A program made the translations under genes and the position numbers. A model generated the notes under the pieces. The model did not search any database, had not been told where the DNA came from, and saw only the letters and a program-made list of their open reading frames with translations. A stretch of 64,000 nt of DNA from Bdellovibrionales bacterium (lineage in GTDB: Bacteria > Bdellovibrionota > Bdellovibrionia > Bdellovibrionales > JAGQZY01), in the NCBI GenBank assembly GCA_031426555.1, contig JANPLN010000023.1:214-64213 (forward strand), given 5' to 3'. Positions 17,819 to 28,300 of this stretch are shown here, in pieces. How positions within the stretch are numbered: position 1 is the first letter of the stretch; every line of letters begins with the position of its first letter.

Positions 17819-18177
17819 AAAAGGCTATTGCGTTTTTAAGTTTGTTTACCTCTGTGAGCACATTACTGTGCTGCGCCCTTCCAGCACTCTTCGTGGTATT
17901 GGGCTTTGGTGCAGCTTTTGCGGGAATTGTTGGAAACGTTCCACAGCTCATTTGGATTTCTGAAAACAAAATGTTACTTTTTGGGACAGGCGCTGTTTTA
18001 TTAATCCTGGGTGGCTTTTTGCAGTGGCAAGCCCGCAGTCTGGCGTGCCCCATTGATCCAAAACTTGCAGCTTCATGTTCAACAACTAAAGATTGGTCTC
18101 TACCGCTCTATTTTGGCTCAGTCGTCACATACCTTATCGGTGCGTTTTTCGCCTTCATCGCGCCGATGCTGGCCTAG
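17815..18177 (+). CDS. MerT-like three-TM metal transporter
   Basis: CC pair in TM1 (LLCCALPALF), a second Cys pair between TM2 and TM3 (CPIDPKLAASC), ~120 aa. This is the MerT architecture. ATGA overlap with the HMA gene. Confidence 0.6.
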   Translation: MKKAIAFLSLFTSVSTLLCCALPALFVVLGFGAAFAGIVGNVPQLIWISENKMLLFGTGAVLLILGGFLQWQARSLACPIDPKLAASCSTTKDWSLPLYFGSVVTYLIGAFFAFIAPMLA

Positions 18178-18180
18178 TCG

Positions 18181-20391
18181 ATGCAGAAATTATTTTTTTA
18201 CTCATTTTTTTTAATTTTTTCTTTCACTCAGAATGCTTTTGCTAAAACTGTTCAATATGAACTCTCAGCATCACAACAATCGGTAAACTTAAGCGGAAAA
18301 CGTAAGATAGACTTCGCTATCTCTCTCAATAACCAAATTCCAGCACCAACATTATCATTCACAGAAGGTGATGAAGCTGAAATTAAAATCATCAACAATT
18401 TAGATCAAGAACTGTCTATCCACTGGCATGGCATTCTTCTGCCTCCAGAGATGGATGGTGTTCCTTATGTGACAACAGCTCCGATCAAAGCCGGTAAGTC
18501 TTTTACATTCAAGTTTAAGATCCGCCAAAACGGCACCTACTGGTACCATTCTCACACAGGACTCCAAGAACAAAAGGGAGTGTATGGAGCCATTGTTATT
18601 CACCCGCAAAAACAAAAAATAAAAGTCGACAAAGATGTGACTGTCGTCCTCAGCGATTGGTCCGACGAAAATCCCGATCAAATTTTAAAAAATCTGAGAA
18701 AAGATGGTGATTATTATCTCTATAAAAAAGGCACCATTCGCTCGTGGTATGGAGCCATTAGCCAAGGTGAAGGTGCTTTGGGGCGCTTTTTATATAACGA
18801 ATGGACCCGTATGGGTGGAATGGACCTTTCGGATGTTGGCTACGATGCTTTTCTCATCAATGGGATGCGCGATGTTCAACTCGTGGAAGGACACCCTGGG
18901 GAACGTATTAGATTAAGAATTATTAATGCCGGAGCCTCGTCATACTTTTTCGTCTCTCTTGCCAACCTGCCATTCACTGTTGTGTCTGCTGACGGCATTG
19001 ATATAGAACCATTAAACTCCAAAGAATTACTTCTAGGCATGGCCGAGACCTACGATATTGTTTTTACCATCCCTGAGCATAAAAATTTTGAACTAAAAGC
19101 CACAGCGCAAGACGGTACGGGTACAGCATCTGGTTGGATCGGCATGGGGGAAAAAGTCTTCGCCCTGAACAAGCCAAAACCCGATCAGTATGCATCGATG
19201 GAGCATACAAATCACGGAAGTGCGCACGCTACAGATCAAAAGATGAGCCACGATGAGCACTCGATGAACCATGAAGCACATACTTCTGACAAAGAACAGC
19301 CACAAACAGATCATAAAAACCACTCCCCTCCTTCGGAACATACACAGCACGATACTCATCAGAAAAGTGTTGCGGTCGCTGTAAATCAATTCGCTCATTT
19401 GCCGACACTGGAATCGTTGACGGTAGACGATATTAAGTCTCGCGAAACCACTCTGTTTGATGCCAATACTCCAGTGCATGACGTAAAGCTCGTTCTCGGT
19501 GGGGATATGTCTCGCTACATTTGGTTTATAAACGGGAAAACGATTCAAGAAGATAGAAATATAATCATTAAAGAAAATGATGTTGTCCGGTTTACATTGG
19601 AGAATCAGACAATGATGCATCATCCGATGCATCTTCACGGGCACTTTTTCCGAGTTGTAAATAAATTCAAAGAAAAATCTCCACTCAAGCATACAGTAGA
19701 TGTTCCTCCTCACCAGACGAGAACGATTGAGTTTTTAGCGAACGAACCCGGGGAATGGATGCTCCATTGCCATAATCTCTATCACCTCAAAACTGGAATG
19801 GCTCGCGTAGTAAAATATTCCTCATTTACGCCAAAACCGGAAATCGCTAAATGGCAAAAAGATGATCCACACAACCACGATCATTGGTACAATTATGGAC
19901 TCCTCGAAACTTCTTCGAATCATGCACAAGGATATTTTAGTCTTTCGCAGACATGGAATCAGTTTGAGGCAAGGGTTGAAACTGCAAATATTCAGAATAA
20001 GCAGTTTGCTTTTGAGGGGCGAAATTGGGATTACGAAGTAGATCTTTTTTATCGACGCTGGTTGAACAGATATTTCAATGTCATCGCTGGTGGAACGAAC
20101 TATGGTGAAGAAAATAAAGCTGTCATAGGCGTTGGCTACCTACTTCCCTTTCTAGTTCGAACAAACTTGCTCATTAATAACTCTGGTAAAATAAGGATTG
20201 ACGTTGATAAGCGGTTCCAATGGACCAAAACCGTTTTTACTGATGTTGAATACAGCTTACGACCGAACCAGAATGGCGAACACGAATCAGAACTCGAGGT
20301 TTCTTTGATGTATTCGCCAAAGTGGTCATGGGCTGCTGGCCTTATGCTTACTAATGACAGTCTCGGTGGCGGCGTTGAAATCCAGTTTTAA
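18181..20391 (+). CDS. Multicopper oxidase (CopA/PcoA-like) fused to a C-terminal CopB/PcoB-like outer-membrane domain
   Basis: MCO copper sites HWHG, WYHSH, HPMHLHGH and HCHNLYHLKTGM. A His/Met-rich linker. The last ~180 aa (HDHWYNYGLLE...YFNVIAGG...GVGYLLPF...GGGVEIQF) parallels the PcoB barrel pattern and ends in F. Confidence 0.75.
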   Translation: MQKLFFYSFFLIFSFTQNAFAKTVQYELSASQQSVNLSGKRKIDFAISLNNQIPAPTLSFTEGDEAEIKIINNLDQELSIHWHGILLPPEMDGVPYVTTAPIKAGKSFTFKFKIRQNGTYWYHSHTGLQEQKGVYGAIVIHPQKQKIKVDKDVTVVLSDWSDENPDQILKNLRKDGDYYLYKKGTIRSWYGAISQGEGALGRFLYNEWTRMGGMDLSDVGYDAFLINGMRDVQLVEGHPGERIRLRIINAGASSYFFVSLANLPFTVVSADGIDIEPLNSKELLLGMAETYDIVFTIPEHKNFELKATAQDGTGTASGWIGMGEKVFALNKPKPDQYASMEHTNHGSAHATDQKMSHDEHSMNHEAHTSDKEQPQTDHKNHSPPSEHTQHDTHQKSVAVAVNQFAHLPTLESLTVDDIKSRETTLFDANTPVHDVKLVLGGDMSRYIWFINGKTIQEDRNIIIKENDVVRFTLENQTMMHHPMHLHGHFFRVVNKFKEKSPLKHTVDVPPHQTRTIEFLANEPGEWMLHCHNLYHLKTGMARVVKYSSFTPKPEIAKWQKDDPHNHDHWYNYGLLETSSNHAQGYFSLSQTWNQFEARVETANIQNKQFAFEGRNWDYEVDLFYRRWLNRYFNVIAGGTNYGEENKAVIGVGYLLPFLVRTNLLINNSGKIRIDVDKRFQWTKTVFTDVEYSLRPNQNGEHESELEVSLMYSPKWSWAAGLMLTNDSLGGGVEIQF

Positions 20392-20412
20392 CAAAATAGA
20401 ATCTCCTTGACG

Positions 20413-20450
20413 AACCTTATATACTATACTACCCTATAGTATATAAGGTT
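20413..20450. promoter_or_regulatory. Perfect 16-bp inverted repeat, candidate CsoR operator
   Basis: AACCTTATATACTATA-ctaccc-TATAGTATATAAGGTT, ending 15 nt upstream of the csoR ATG. Confidence 0.55.
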
Positions 20451-20465
20451 CACAAAAGGCGGTTT

Positions 20466-20765
20466 ATGGCTAAGCAAAAAACAACTCTCAAAGACCCCAA
20501 CACTCACCCCGACCACTCGGGTCAGAAAAGCCGTGTCAATCGCATCCGCGGTCAAATCGATGGAATCGAACGCATGATTGATGAGCGGAGATACTGTGTA
20601 GATATTGTTCAACAGATCAAAGCCGCTCGCTCGGCACTGACTGGGCTCGAAAACTCAATTATTGAAACTCATCTTCGAGGTTGTGTTCAAAGCGCAATGA
20701 CCTCGAAAGACGCTCACGATGCTGAACAAAAAATTCAGGAAATTATGAAAATCATGGCTAAATAG
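20466..20765 (+). CDS. csoR: CsoR-family copper-sensing transcriptional repressor
   Basis: [23 protein letters not shown]...ETHLRGCV carries the C-H-C ligand pattern of CsoR. Confidence 0.85.
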   Translation: MAKQKTTLKDPNTHPDHSGQKSRVNRIRGQIDGIERMIDERRYCVDIVQQIKAARSALTGLENSIIETHLRGCVQSAMTSKDAHDAEQKIQEIMKIMAK

Positions 20766-20785
20766 CCACGAGAAGGAAGTACATT

Positions 20786-23155
20786 ATGGATCAACCACAA
20801 AGTTCCAATCACAATCATCACGAACATCATTCATGCTGTTCAATTGATAAGAAAACAAATTTAGAAAATACAAGTGTTATAGATCCTGTATGTGGCATGA
20901 CCGTCGAGCCCAAAAACGCGAAGGGACAATCAGTGCGCAAAGGGAATTCCTACTTTTTTTGCAGCGCCAAATGCAAAGTAAAGTTCGATGAAAATCCAGA
21001 AAAATATTTGAACAAAGAAAAATTCCACGAAGCCACTTCGTCGAAAGATATTGAATATACCTGCCCAATGCACCCTGAGATCATTCAAATGGGCCCTGGT
21101 TCGTGTCCAAAGTGCGGAATGGCCCTAGAACCTCTAATGATCTCACTCGATCAAGAAGAGGATAATAGTGAATATCTGGACATGAAGAAACGATTTTGGG
21201 TTGCTACAGCACTCTCGATTCCTCTTCTTTTTATAACTATGGGCGGGCGCCATCTTATTCATAGCTCACTTCTTCAGTCACTTTTTGGTTATATTGAATT
21301 CTTACTTGCAACACCCGTTGTACTTTGGTGCGGATGGCCGTTTTTTGAGAGATTCGCACAGTCCTTAAAAAATAAAAGTCCCAATATGTTTACGCTCATT
21401 GGACTAGGGGTCGGAGTTTCATATATCTTTAGTGTTATCGCCCTATTCTTCCCCCATCTCTTTCCGGGATCCTTCATAGATCCAATGACTGGGTACGTTG
21501 GGTTATATTTTGAACCCGCTTCAGTGATTGTAGCGCTAGTTCTTCTAGGTCAGGTTTTAGAGCTGAAAGCACGCGGGCAAACTGGTGCCGCAATCAAAGC
21601 TCTTCTTAACCTTGCGCCAAAAAATGCGACAAGAATTAATTCTGATGGAAGCGAAGATGAAGTTTCCATGGATCAAATACGCATTGGAGACACTCTGCGC
21701 GTTCGTCCCGGCGAAAAAGTTCCCGTTGATGGCATTGTGGCATCCGGTCAAAGTACCGTGGATGAGTCGATGATTACAGGAGAGCCACTACCCGTTCAAA
21801 AGTCCCCTGGGGACAAAGTCGTCGGAGCTACGATCAATGGCACAGGCTCATTTATCGTGAAAGCTGAAAAGGTCGGAAAAGACTCCTTATTAGCGCAAAT
21901 AGTTCAGATGGTTTCGGATGCACAACGCTCACGGGCGCCGATTCAAAAACTTGCCGATCAGATTTCTGCTTTTTTCGTGCCTGCCGTAGTTCTCGCAGCA
22001 ATAGTCACAGCGGTTGTGTGGAGCATTTGGGGCGTCGAGCCGAAGTTCGCTTACGCTGTTGTAAATGCTGTAGCAGTTCTTATTATCGCATGCCCGTGTG
22101 CCCTCGGACTTGCGACCCCTATGTCAATCATGGTTGCCACTGGTCGCGCAGCAGGAATGGGAATTTTATTTAAAAATGCTGAATCCATTGAAACGCTTAG
22201 AAAAGTAAATGTCTTGGTCATTGATAAAACTGGGACAGTTACAGAAGGTAAGCCAAAGCTGATGGAAGTTAAAAGCTATTCAGATAAATCTACAGATGAA
22301 ATTCTTCGCTTAGTTGCCACCTTGGAAAAGGAAAGCGAACACCCCTTAGCCTCGGCCATTGTTGCAGGAGCATCTCATTTGAAGCTTGGCCAAACGGAAT
22401 CGTTCACTTCTATAACTGGAAAGGGAACACAGGCAATTGTAGAAGACAAGTTAGTTCAAATTGGAAATATTTCTCTGATGAATGATTCTTCTATCTCTAC
22501 CAATTCGGCTGAAAAGTATTCTGATGAATTGAGAGGTCAGGGGCATTCAGTTATGTACGTTGCTATCGAAAAGACTTTCGCAGGAATTATAAGTGTAGCT
22601 GATCCAATAAAAAAGACATCATTAGATGCGATCAAAGAATTAAAACACTCAGGCATCAAAGTCATCATGCTTACTGGAGATAATCAAAGAACCGCAGCTG
22701 CCGTTGCCAAGTCTGTAGGTATTGACGACGTCGTCGCCGATGTTCTTCCTCAGCAAAAAACGGATGTTATTAAAAGATTGCAGGCTGAAGGAAAAATTGT
22801 GGCCATGGCCGGAGATGGCATCAACGATGCCCCTGCTCTAGCACAAGCCCAAGTTGGTATTGCGATGGGGACAGGCACAGACATCGCGATAAAAAGCGCG
22901 GGAGTTACTCTTGTAAAAGGTGATTTAAAAGGAATTGTTAGCGCGATAGCAATCAGCAATGCGACAGTTAGAAACATCAAACAAAACTTGTTTTTTGCAT
23001 TTTTCTACAATGCTTTAGGCGTACCGGTTGCTGCGGGAATTTTATATCCTTTTTTCGGTATTCTTCTTAACCCTATGTTTGCAGCATTGGCTATGAGCTT
23101 GAGCTCTGTGTCAGTTATTGCGAACGCTTTGCGCTTAAGATCTAAGGCCCTTTAA
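20786..23155 (+). CDS. copA: Copper-translocating P1B-type ATPase
   Basis: CPC in TM6 ([11 protein letters not shown]), [13 protein letters not shown] and TGE. The N-terminus has a His-rich tract, a TRASH/YHS-like DPVCGMTV...FCSAKC segment and CPMHP...CPKCGM. Confidence 0.9.
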   Translation: MDQPQSSNHNHHEHHSCCSIDKKTNLENTSVIDPVCGMTVEPKNAKGQSVRKGNSYFFCSAKCKVKFDENPEKYLNKEKFHEATSSKDIEYTCPMHPEIIQMGPGSCPKCGMALEPLMISLDQEEDNSEYLDMKKRFWVATALSIPLLFITMGGRHLIHSSLLQSLFGYIEFLLATPVVLWCGWPFFERFAQSLKNKSPNMFTLIGLGVGVSYIFSVIALFFPHLFPGSFIDPMTGYVGLYFEPASVIVALVLLGQVLELKARGQTGAAIKALLNLAPKNATRINSDGSEDEVSMDQIRIGDTLRVRPGEKVPVDGIVASGQSTVDESMITGEPLPVQKSPGDKVVGATINGTGSFIVKAEKVGKDSLLAQIVQMVSDAQRSRAPIQKLADQISAFFVPAVVLAAIVTAVVWSIWGVEPKFAYAVVNAVAVLIIACPCALGLATPMSIMVATGRAAGMGILFKNAESIETLRKVNVLVIDKTGTVTEGKPKLMEVKSYSDKSTDEILRLVATLEKESEHPLASAIVAGASHLKLGQTESFTSITGKGTQAIVEDKLVQIGNISLMNDSSISTNSAEKYSDELRGQGHSVMYVAIEKTFAGIISVADPIKKTSLDAIKELKHSGIKVIMLTGDNQRTAAAVAKSVGIDDVVADVLPQQKTDVIKRLQAEGKIVAMAGDGINDAPALAQAQVGIAMGTGTDIAIKSAGVTLVKGDLKGIVSAIAISNATVRNIKQNLFFAFFYNALGVPVAAGILYPFFGILLNPMFAALAMSLSSVSVIANALRLRSKAL

Positions 23156-23263
23156 TTGCTTTCGCAGGTCAGCAAAACTTTGGCCTGCAACTTTTTAGTT
23201 CTGTTAAGTTGAACTGTCAATTTTTACACAGAAAAGTCGTAATTTGCTAAAGTATAGGCAATC

Positions 23264-23608
23264 CTACAAAAATCCAAACCGACGTAGAAGTAAAGAATAA
23301 AAGAAATAAAAAATTCCCAGACTAATAATACTGATAAAAAGAGAAGCCCAAAAATTGAGTCCAAATTTTAGTAGCACTGGTAAAAGTAAGAAAAACCCAA
23401 GTGATGGTAATACAAACCAGAATATACCCAAAGACAACTCAGATACTTTTGTTACATCACTGGACTTAAAATAAAGCATAGACAGTGCTAGAACAGAGGT
23501 TAAGGGTAACGACACTAGCAGTGAGGATAAAAAGCTTGAACGATTCGAAAGCTCTACTGCACTGGCTATAACGATTGCAGAAATTAAAGTATTTAATATA
23601 AATTGCAT
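23264..23608 (-). CDS. Small 4-TM membrane protein, hypothetical
   Basis: 114 aa, four hydrophobic helices, last gene of the minus-strand efflux operon. Confidence 0.5.
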   Translation of the reverse strand: MQFILNTLISAIVIASAVELSNRSSFLSSLLVSLPLTSVLALSMLYFKSSDVTKVSELSLGIFWFVLPSLGFFLLLPVLLKFGLNFWASLFISIISLGIFYFFYSLLLRRFGFL

Positions 23609-23637
23609 AAATTATTTCCTTATTTAAAAAAGTCTGT

Positions 23638-24888
23638 CTACTGTATTTCACTTTTACTTAACAAATGGCCTCTGGTTATATAAAAATCTCTTAACATTTC
23701 ATTATATTTTGTTTTTACTTCTAAAAGTTTATCTACAGATCCAAGAACATCGGGGGAGTTTTTCACTCCTCTAGAGTATTCATTCAATGTCAACTTTAGA
23801 TAATCTTGAGCTCGCTTTATGTTTTCTTCAGCATCGTGAATTTGCCGATGCAGAAAATTTAAAGAAGCAATTTCAGAATGGGCTTCATTTTCAATTTCAC
23901 GCTCTAAATATTTTGCTTCCGACTTAGAACTTTCAGATTCTGCATAAAGAGCCGCGGCCTCTTTGTTGCCTGTTGTAAAATCAAATAAATTCATTGTGGC
24001 TCTTATGCCTACGACAGTCTCTTTACCCTCTTGAGGTCCGAATACATTACCATTTCTGACGTTGTACTGATTTAAAGCAACAAAACCATCTATTCTTGGC
24101 CACCATGAGCGCGACTGCATTTTTGCAGACAATTCGTTTTCTTCAGCTTGAACCAAGTGGGGTTTGGCTAAAAACTGATGTTGAATCTCAGAGTGATTAT
24201 TCACTTTTTCCATTCCTTCAAAATGATCCATATTATCTGCTAAAGAAACTTTAGAGTCTTCTTCATAGCCAATCAAATTTAGCAATTCTCTTTTTAAAAT
24301 CTCTTTTTGCATATTCAAATGTTCAGAAGCGCGTTTTAATTCAGTATCTTTGATCTGAAACTCATAAAGATCTGCGCGTGTGGTTAGACCTGTTTTAACT
24401 CGCCTTTCGGCAGAGGTCAGATTTGATAAATTAATTCTTTTTATTTCATCCAACAAAACCACAGTTTTATCTATATAAACCAAATTCCAATAGGTCTCTT
24501 TGGCCTTTATGATCTCGTGATAGAGGGCAACTTTTTGCTCAGATTCGCTGCGAACTTTTCGTTTATTCACAATTTTATTATTCAAACTGTCTCTTGTTCC
24601 GTTAAACAAATTCACACTTATCTCGCCACCATAAGTTGGCTGAGTTCTTGTGTAATTATCACCAAGTTGAAAACGCTCATGCGCCCCATACAGTTTTAAA
24701 TTAGGGAAAAAAGATCTTTTTAAGAATCCTTGTCGATGTGACATAGCTTTAGTCTGATGGCTTTTACTAATAACACGTTCATTTTGACTCTCAACTAATG
24801 ATTTTAAATCTTTAACCTTCAAATTAAGTTCAGTTTGAGAATGAGCGTATTGCGAAACGAAAAATGTAATCCAAAAAAATAATTTCAT
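23638..24888 (-). CDS. TolC-family outer-membrane efflux protein (CusC/CzcC-like)
   Basis: 416 aa, signal peptide, two repeated coiled-coil/barrel halves typical of the OEP family. Confidence 0.75.
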   Translation of the reverse strand: MKLFFWITFFVSQYAHSQTELNLKVKDLKSLVESQNERVISKSHQTKAMSHRQGFLKRSFFPNLKLYGAHERFQLGDNYTRTQPTYGGEISVNLFNGTRDSLNNKIVNKRKVRSESEQKVALYHEIIKAKETYWNLVYIDKTVVLLDEIKRINLSNLTSAERRVKTGLTTRADLYEFQIKDTELKRASEHLNMQKEILKRELLNLIGYEEDSKVSLADNMDHFEGMEKVNNHSEIQHQFLAKPHLVQAEENELSAKMQSRSWWPRIDGFVALNQYNVRNGNVFGPQEGKETVVGIRATMNLFDFTTGNKEAAALYAESESSKSEAKYLEREIENEAHSEIASLNFLHRQIHDAEENIKRAQDYLKLTLNEYSRGVKNSPDVLGSVDKLLEVKTKYNEMLRDFYITRGHLLSKSEIQ

Positions 24889-24935
24889 AAAAAACCCCGT
24901 GAGTTAATAGGGCCTAAAATTAGGCCCAAGAATAT

Positions 24936-25388
24936 TTAATCTAGATTGTCAAAAGCAGTGAGCAGTTCTTTACTCCCATCTTTCAAAACAACATCAATAT
25001 TGTAAGGTTTTGATTCTGGCTTTGGCATTTTTCCAGAAAAAATTCCATCTTTGGCGTCAAGAGCAAAATTTGTTGATACCCACTTACCTTTGACCTTTGA
25101 TGCTAAAGAGGCTGATGCCTGAGGCGAAAAGTTTTTTATATCTAATGCAAACATCTTTTCATTGTATAAGTAGACTCTGACAGTTCCATCTGTAGAGCGA
25201 ACTAACTCTGCCTTGTAAACTAACGCAGCTTTTGATCCAATCTTTGCGTCTTGTTTTTGAACGACGGCAGATACAAGGCCGCCATACTTACCCGTATCGG
25301 CAAGCTTTGGTCCGTGGCCTTCATCGTGCGCATTCGCCAATCCTAAAAATCCTATTGTTATTGCGATTAAAACTAATCTCTTTTTCAT
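24936..25388 (-). CDS. Small periplasmic protein with predicted N-terminal His, translationally coupled to the RND pump
   Basis: ATG 25388 overlaps the cusA-like stop (ATGA). Signal peptide ...GLANA|HDEGHGPKLADTGKYGG. Paralog of 14428-14847. Confidence 0.6.
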   Translation of the reverse strand: MKKRLVLIAITIGFLGLANAHDEGHGPKLADTGKYGGLVSAVVQKQDAKIGSKAALVYKAELVRSTDGTVRVYLYNEKMFALDIKNFSPQASASLASKVKGKWVSTNFALDAKDGIFSGKMPKPESKPYNIDVVLKDGSKELLTAFDNLD

Positions 25389-28300
25389 TTCCACTCTCCT
25401 TCGTTTGTTTGGTTTTGTTGTTTCATATAATTAATAAATGCTTTTTTGCCGAATTTAAGAAATATAGTGGGTGTCACCACAAGATCTAATAGGGTTGACG
25501 ATATCAGCCCACCTACAATCACAACTGCAACCGGATAAAGAATTTCTTTTCCTGGTTCTCCCTTGGATAATAGCAGAGGTACTAACGCAAGGGCTGCGGT
25601 AGAAGCTGTCATTAAGACGGGTACAAGTCTTTCTAATGATCCTCGAATTACCATTTGCGCATTAAACTCTTCACCTTCTTCTTTCATCAGATGAAGGTAG
25701 TGGCTAATCAGTAAAATTCCATTTCGACTTGCAATTCCACAAAGGGTGATGAATGCCACAAGCGTTGCGATTGAAAGTGTTCTCTCAGTCAGATAAATTG
25801 CAATAATACTTCCAATCACTGCCAAAGGTACATTCATCATAACCTGAAGACTAAGAATAGCTGATCTAAAATGAATATAGAGAACCAAAAATATCCCAAG
25901 TAAAGATAAAAGACCTAACCAAAAAATCCGTTTTGATGCGTTTTGCTGGCTTTCAAATTGACCGCCAATTTTAATAAAATATCCTTCTGGCAATTTAACT
26001 TTGTCTGCAATTACTTTTTGAATTTCACTGACAATTGTACCAAGGTCTCTCCCTTGGGTATTTGCAGAAACAACTATTCGTCTTTGCATGTCTTCACGAT
26101 TGATCATGTTGGGGCCTGTCCCTTCGTAAACATTAGCTACATCTTGAAGTAATACTGGTTTTCCTGTGGGCATATATTTAATCAGAGTTTGATTGATCTT
26201 TTCAGTTGTTGCTCGTGACTCATCATCAAGCCTCATAAAAACGTCATGGATTCTTTGATTTTCTAAAAATTGCGAGGCGACCTCACCATTAAGTGCTATT
26301 TCTAAATCTTCTGCCAGTGTTCCTGCTCTGATCCCAAACTGATTTCCACTTTCTCGATCAATGGTTATTTTTAATTGCGGAATAAGAACCAAGGGCTCGG
26401 TTTGAAGGTCTACTACTCCATTTACACTTTTCATGGCATCAAAAATTTCACCACCATAACGCCTAAGTTCACCTAGATCAGGACCAAATATTTTAACAGC
26501 AATTTGAGCTCTCACACCAGATAGTAAGTGATCTAACCTATGGCTTATAGGTTGACCCAAGTTTACATATACATCCCCAGTTTTTTCAATGCGCTCGCGT
26601 ATTTCTGGCAACACCACATGCATAGGTCGGCCTTCGGCCTTAAAGTCCACATCAATTTCACTCCAATGAACTCCTTCGGCGTGTTCGTCCATTTCTGCAC
26701 GACCCGTGCGACGTACTGTTGATTTCACTTCAGGAACTGAAAGAATGGCTTTTTCAATTTCTGCTCCTAATTTATCAGAGGCAGAAAGTGAAATACCAGG
26801 TGCCGCTGCGACTCCAATTGTGGCTGTACCTTCGTTAAAGTCCGGCAAAAAGTTTCTTCCCATGAAAGGCAACAGTGCTAATGAAAATAACAAAAGCAGT
26901 CCCGCTCCTAGCAAAACAATTTTTGGTCGAGGCAAAGTATAATGAAGTATCACTAAGGCTTTGGCTTTTAAAAATCGAACTAAAGGGCCATCTTTGTCGT
27001 GTCCTACGGCTTTTGAAGAGGGTAGTAAAAACGAGCATAAGATAGGCGTCACTGTTAGCGACACAAATAGGGATGCAATGATCGAGATTATATAAGCAAT
27101 ACCTAGAGGCGCAAACAAACGACCTTCTATTCCTCCTAATGCAAAAAGGGGAATAAAAACAAGAACTACAATTATGGTTGATAAAACGATTGAATTTCGT
27201 ACCTCTGATGAGGCCTCATAAATAACCCTCAAGTTTCCTTTGGGTGAACCTAATGCTCGATTCTCTTTTAGTCTTCTAAAAACATTTTCAACATCAACAA
27301 TGGCATCATCCACCAATTCACCAATGGCGATAGCTATCCCACCAAGTGTCATGGTGTTGATACCAAGCCCCATGATTTGGAATACTATCGCCGTCACCAG
27401 AAGGCTTAAGGGGATGGCAACCAGAGTGATTCCCGTTGTACGAAAGTTCATAAGAAACAAAAAAAGAATTATCGCGACCATGATAATTCCATCGCGCAAA
27501 GCTTCTTCGACATTCCCAATGGCTGATTCAATAAAGTGTGACTGTTTAAATAAATCTGTTTCTAAGTGAACACCTTGAGGTAAAGTTTTTTGAGCCTCGA
27601 TGAGTTCTTTATCAATGGCCTTTGTAAGATCTATTGTGCTTGCAGAGGGTTGCTTTTGAACGGTCATTATGACGGAGTGTTTGGCATTTATACTGCCTTC
27701 TCCTCGCTTAGTCTTTGCGCCTATACGTACTTGGGCCACATCTTTAACTAAAACGGGTTTGCCAAAGTGCATGCCGACAAAGGAATTCTCTATATCCTCT
27801 AAACTGGCAACTCTGCCAATGGGTCGAATTAAGAATTCCTTGTCGTTAATATCAATAAAACCACCGGTTGTGTTTTCACTGATTTCAGTGATCGCATGTT
27901 TTAAATCCTCTAAAGATATATTTTTGGCTTGAAGTTTTTGGCTTGAAATTAAGATTTGATACTGCTTAACTTCTCCACCCATAACTATAACTTGGCTTAC
28001 CCCAGGTATTGTCATCAGCCGGGGTCTTAAGGTCCAATCTGCTAATGTTCGCAAATCCATAGAAGATGTTTGTCCATTAGGACTTGTTACACCTACGAAC
28101 TGAATTTCACCCATGATTGAAGTCACAGGTCCCATCACGGGTTGCATGCCAGGTGGTAATCTATTTTGGACGAGTTGCAATCTTTCTGCTACGAGCTGGC
28201 GATTTTTAAAGATCTCTGTGCCCCAATCGAACTCTACATAAACTATAGATACACCTATGCCACTGCTTGATCGCGTTCTTAAAACGCCGGGTGTTCCATT

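Noticed and set aside
17531-18177. A mercury-resistance (mer) operon.
   Set aside because: Only MerP-like and MerT-like architectures are present. There is no MerA reductase and no MerR. The genes are embedded in a copper module, so no Hg-resistance call was made.
19093-19713. A 206-aa minus-strand ORF, and similar long antisense ORFs (5092-5664, 9166-9762, 11634-12080, 27240-27569, 48861-49367, 60411-60788).
   Set aside because: All lie entirely inside, and antisense to, much longer ORFs with clear family motifs. Their compositions are low-complexity or Cys/Arg-rich, typical of shadow frames.
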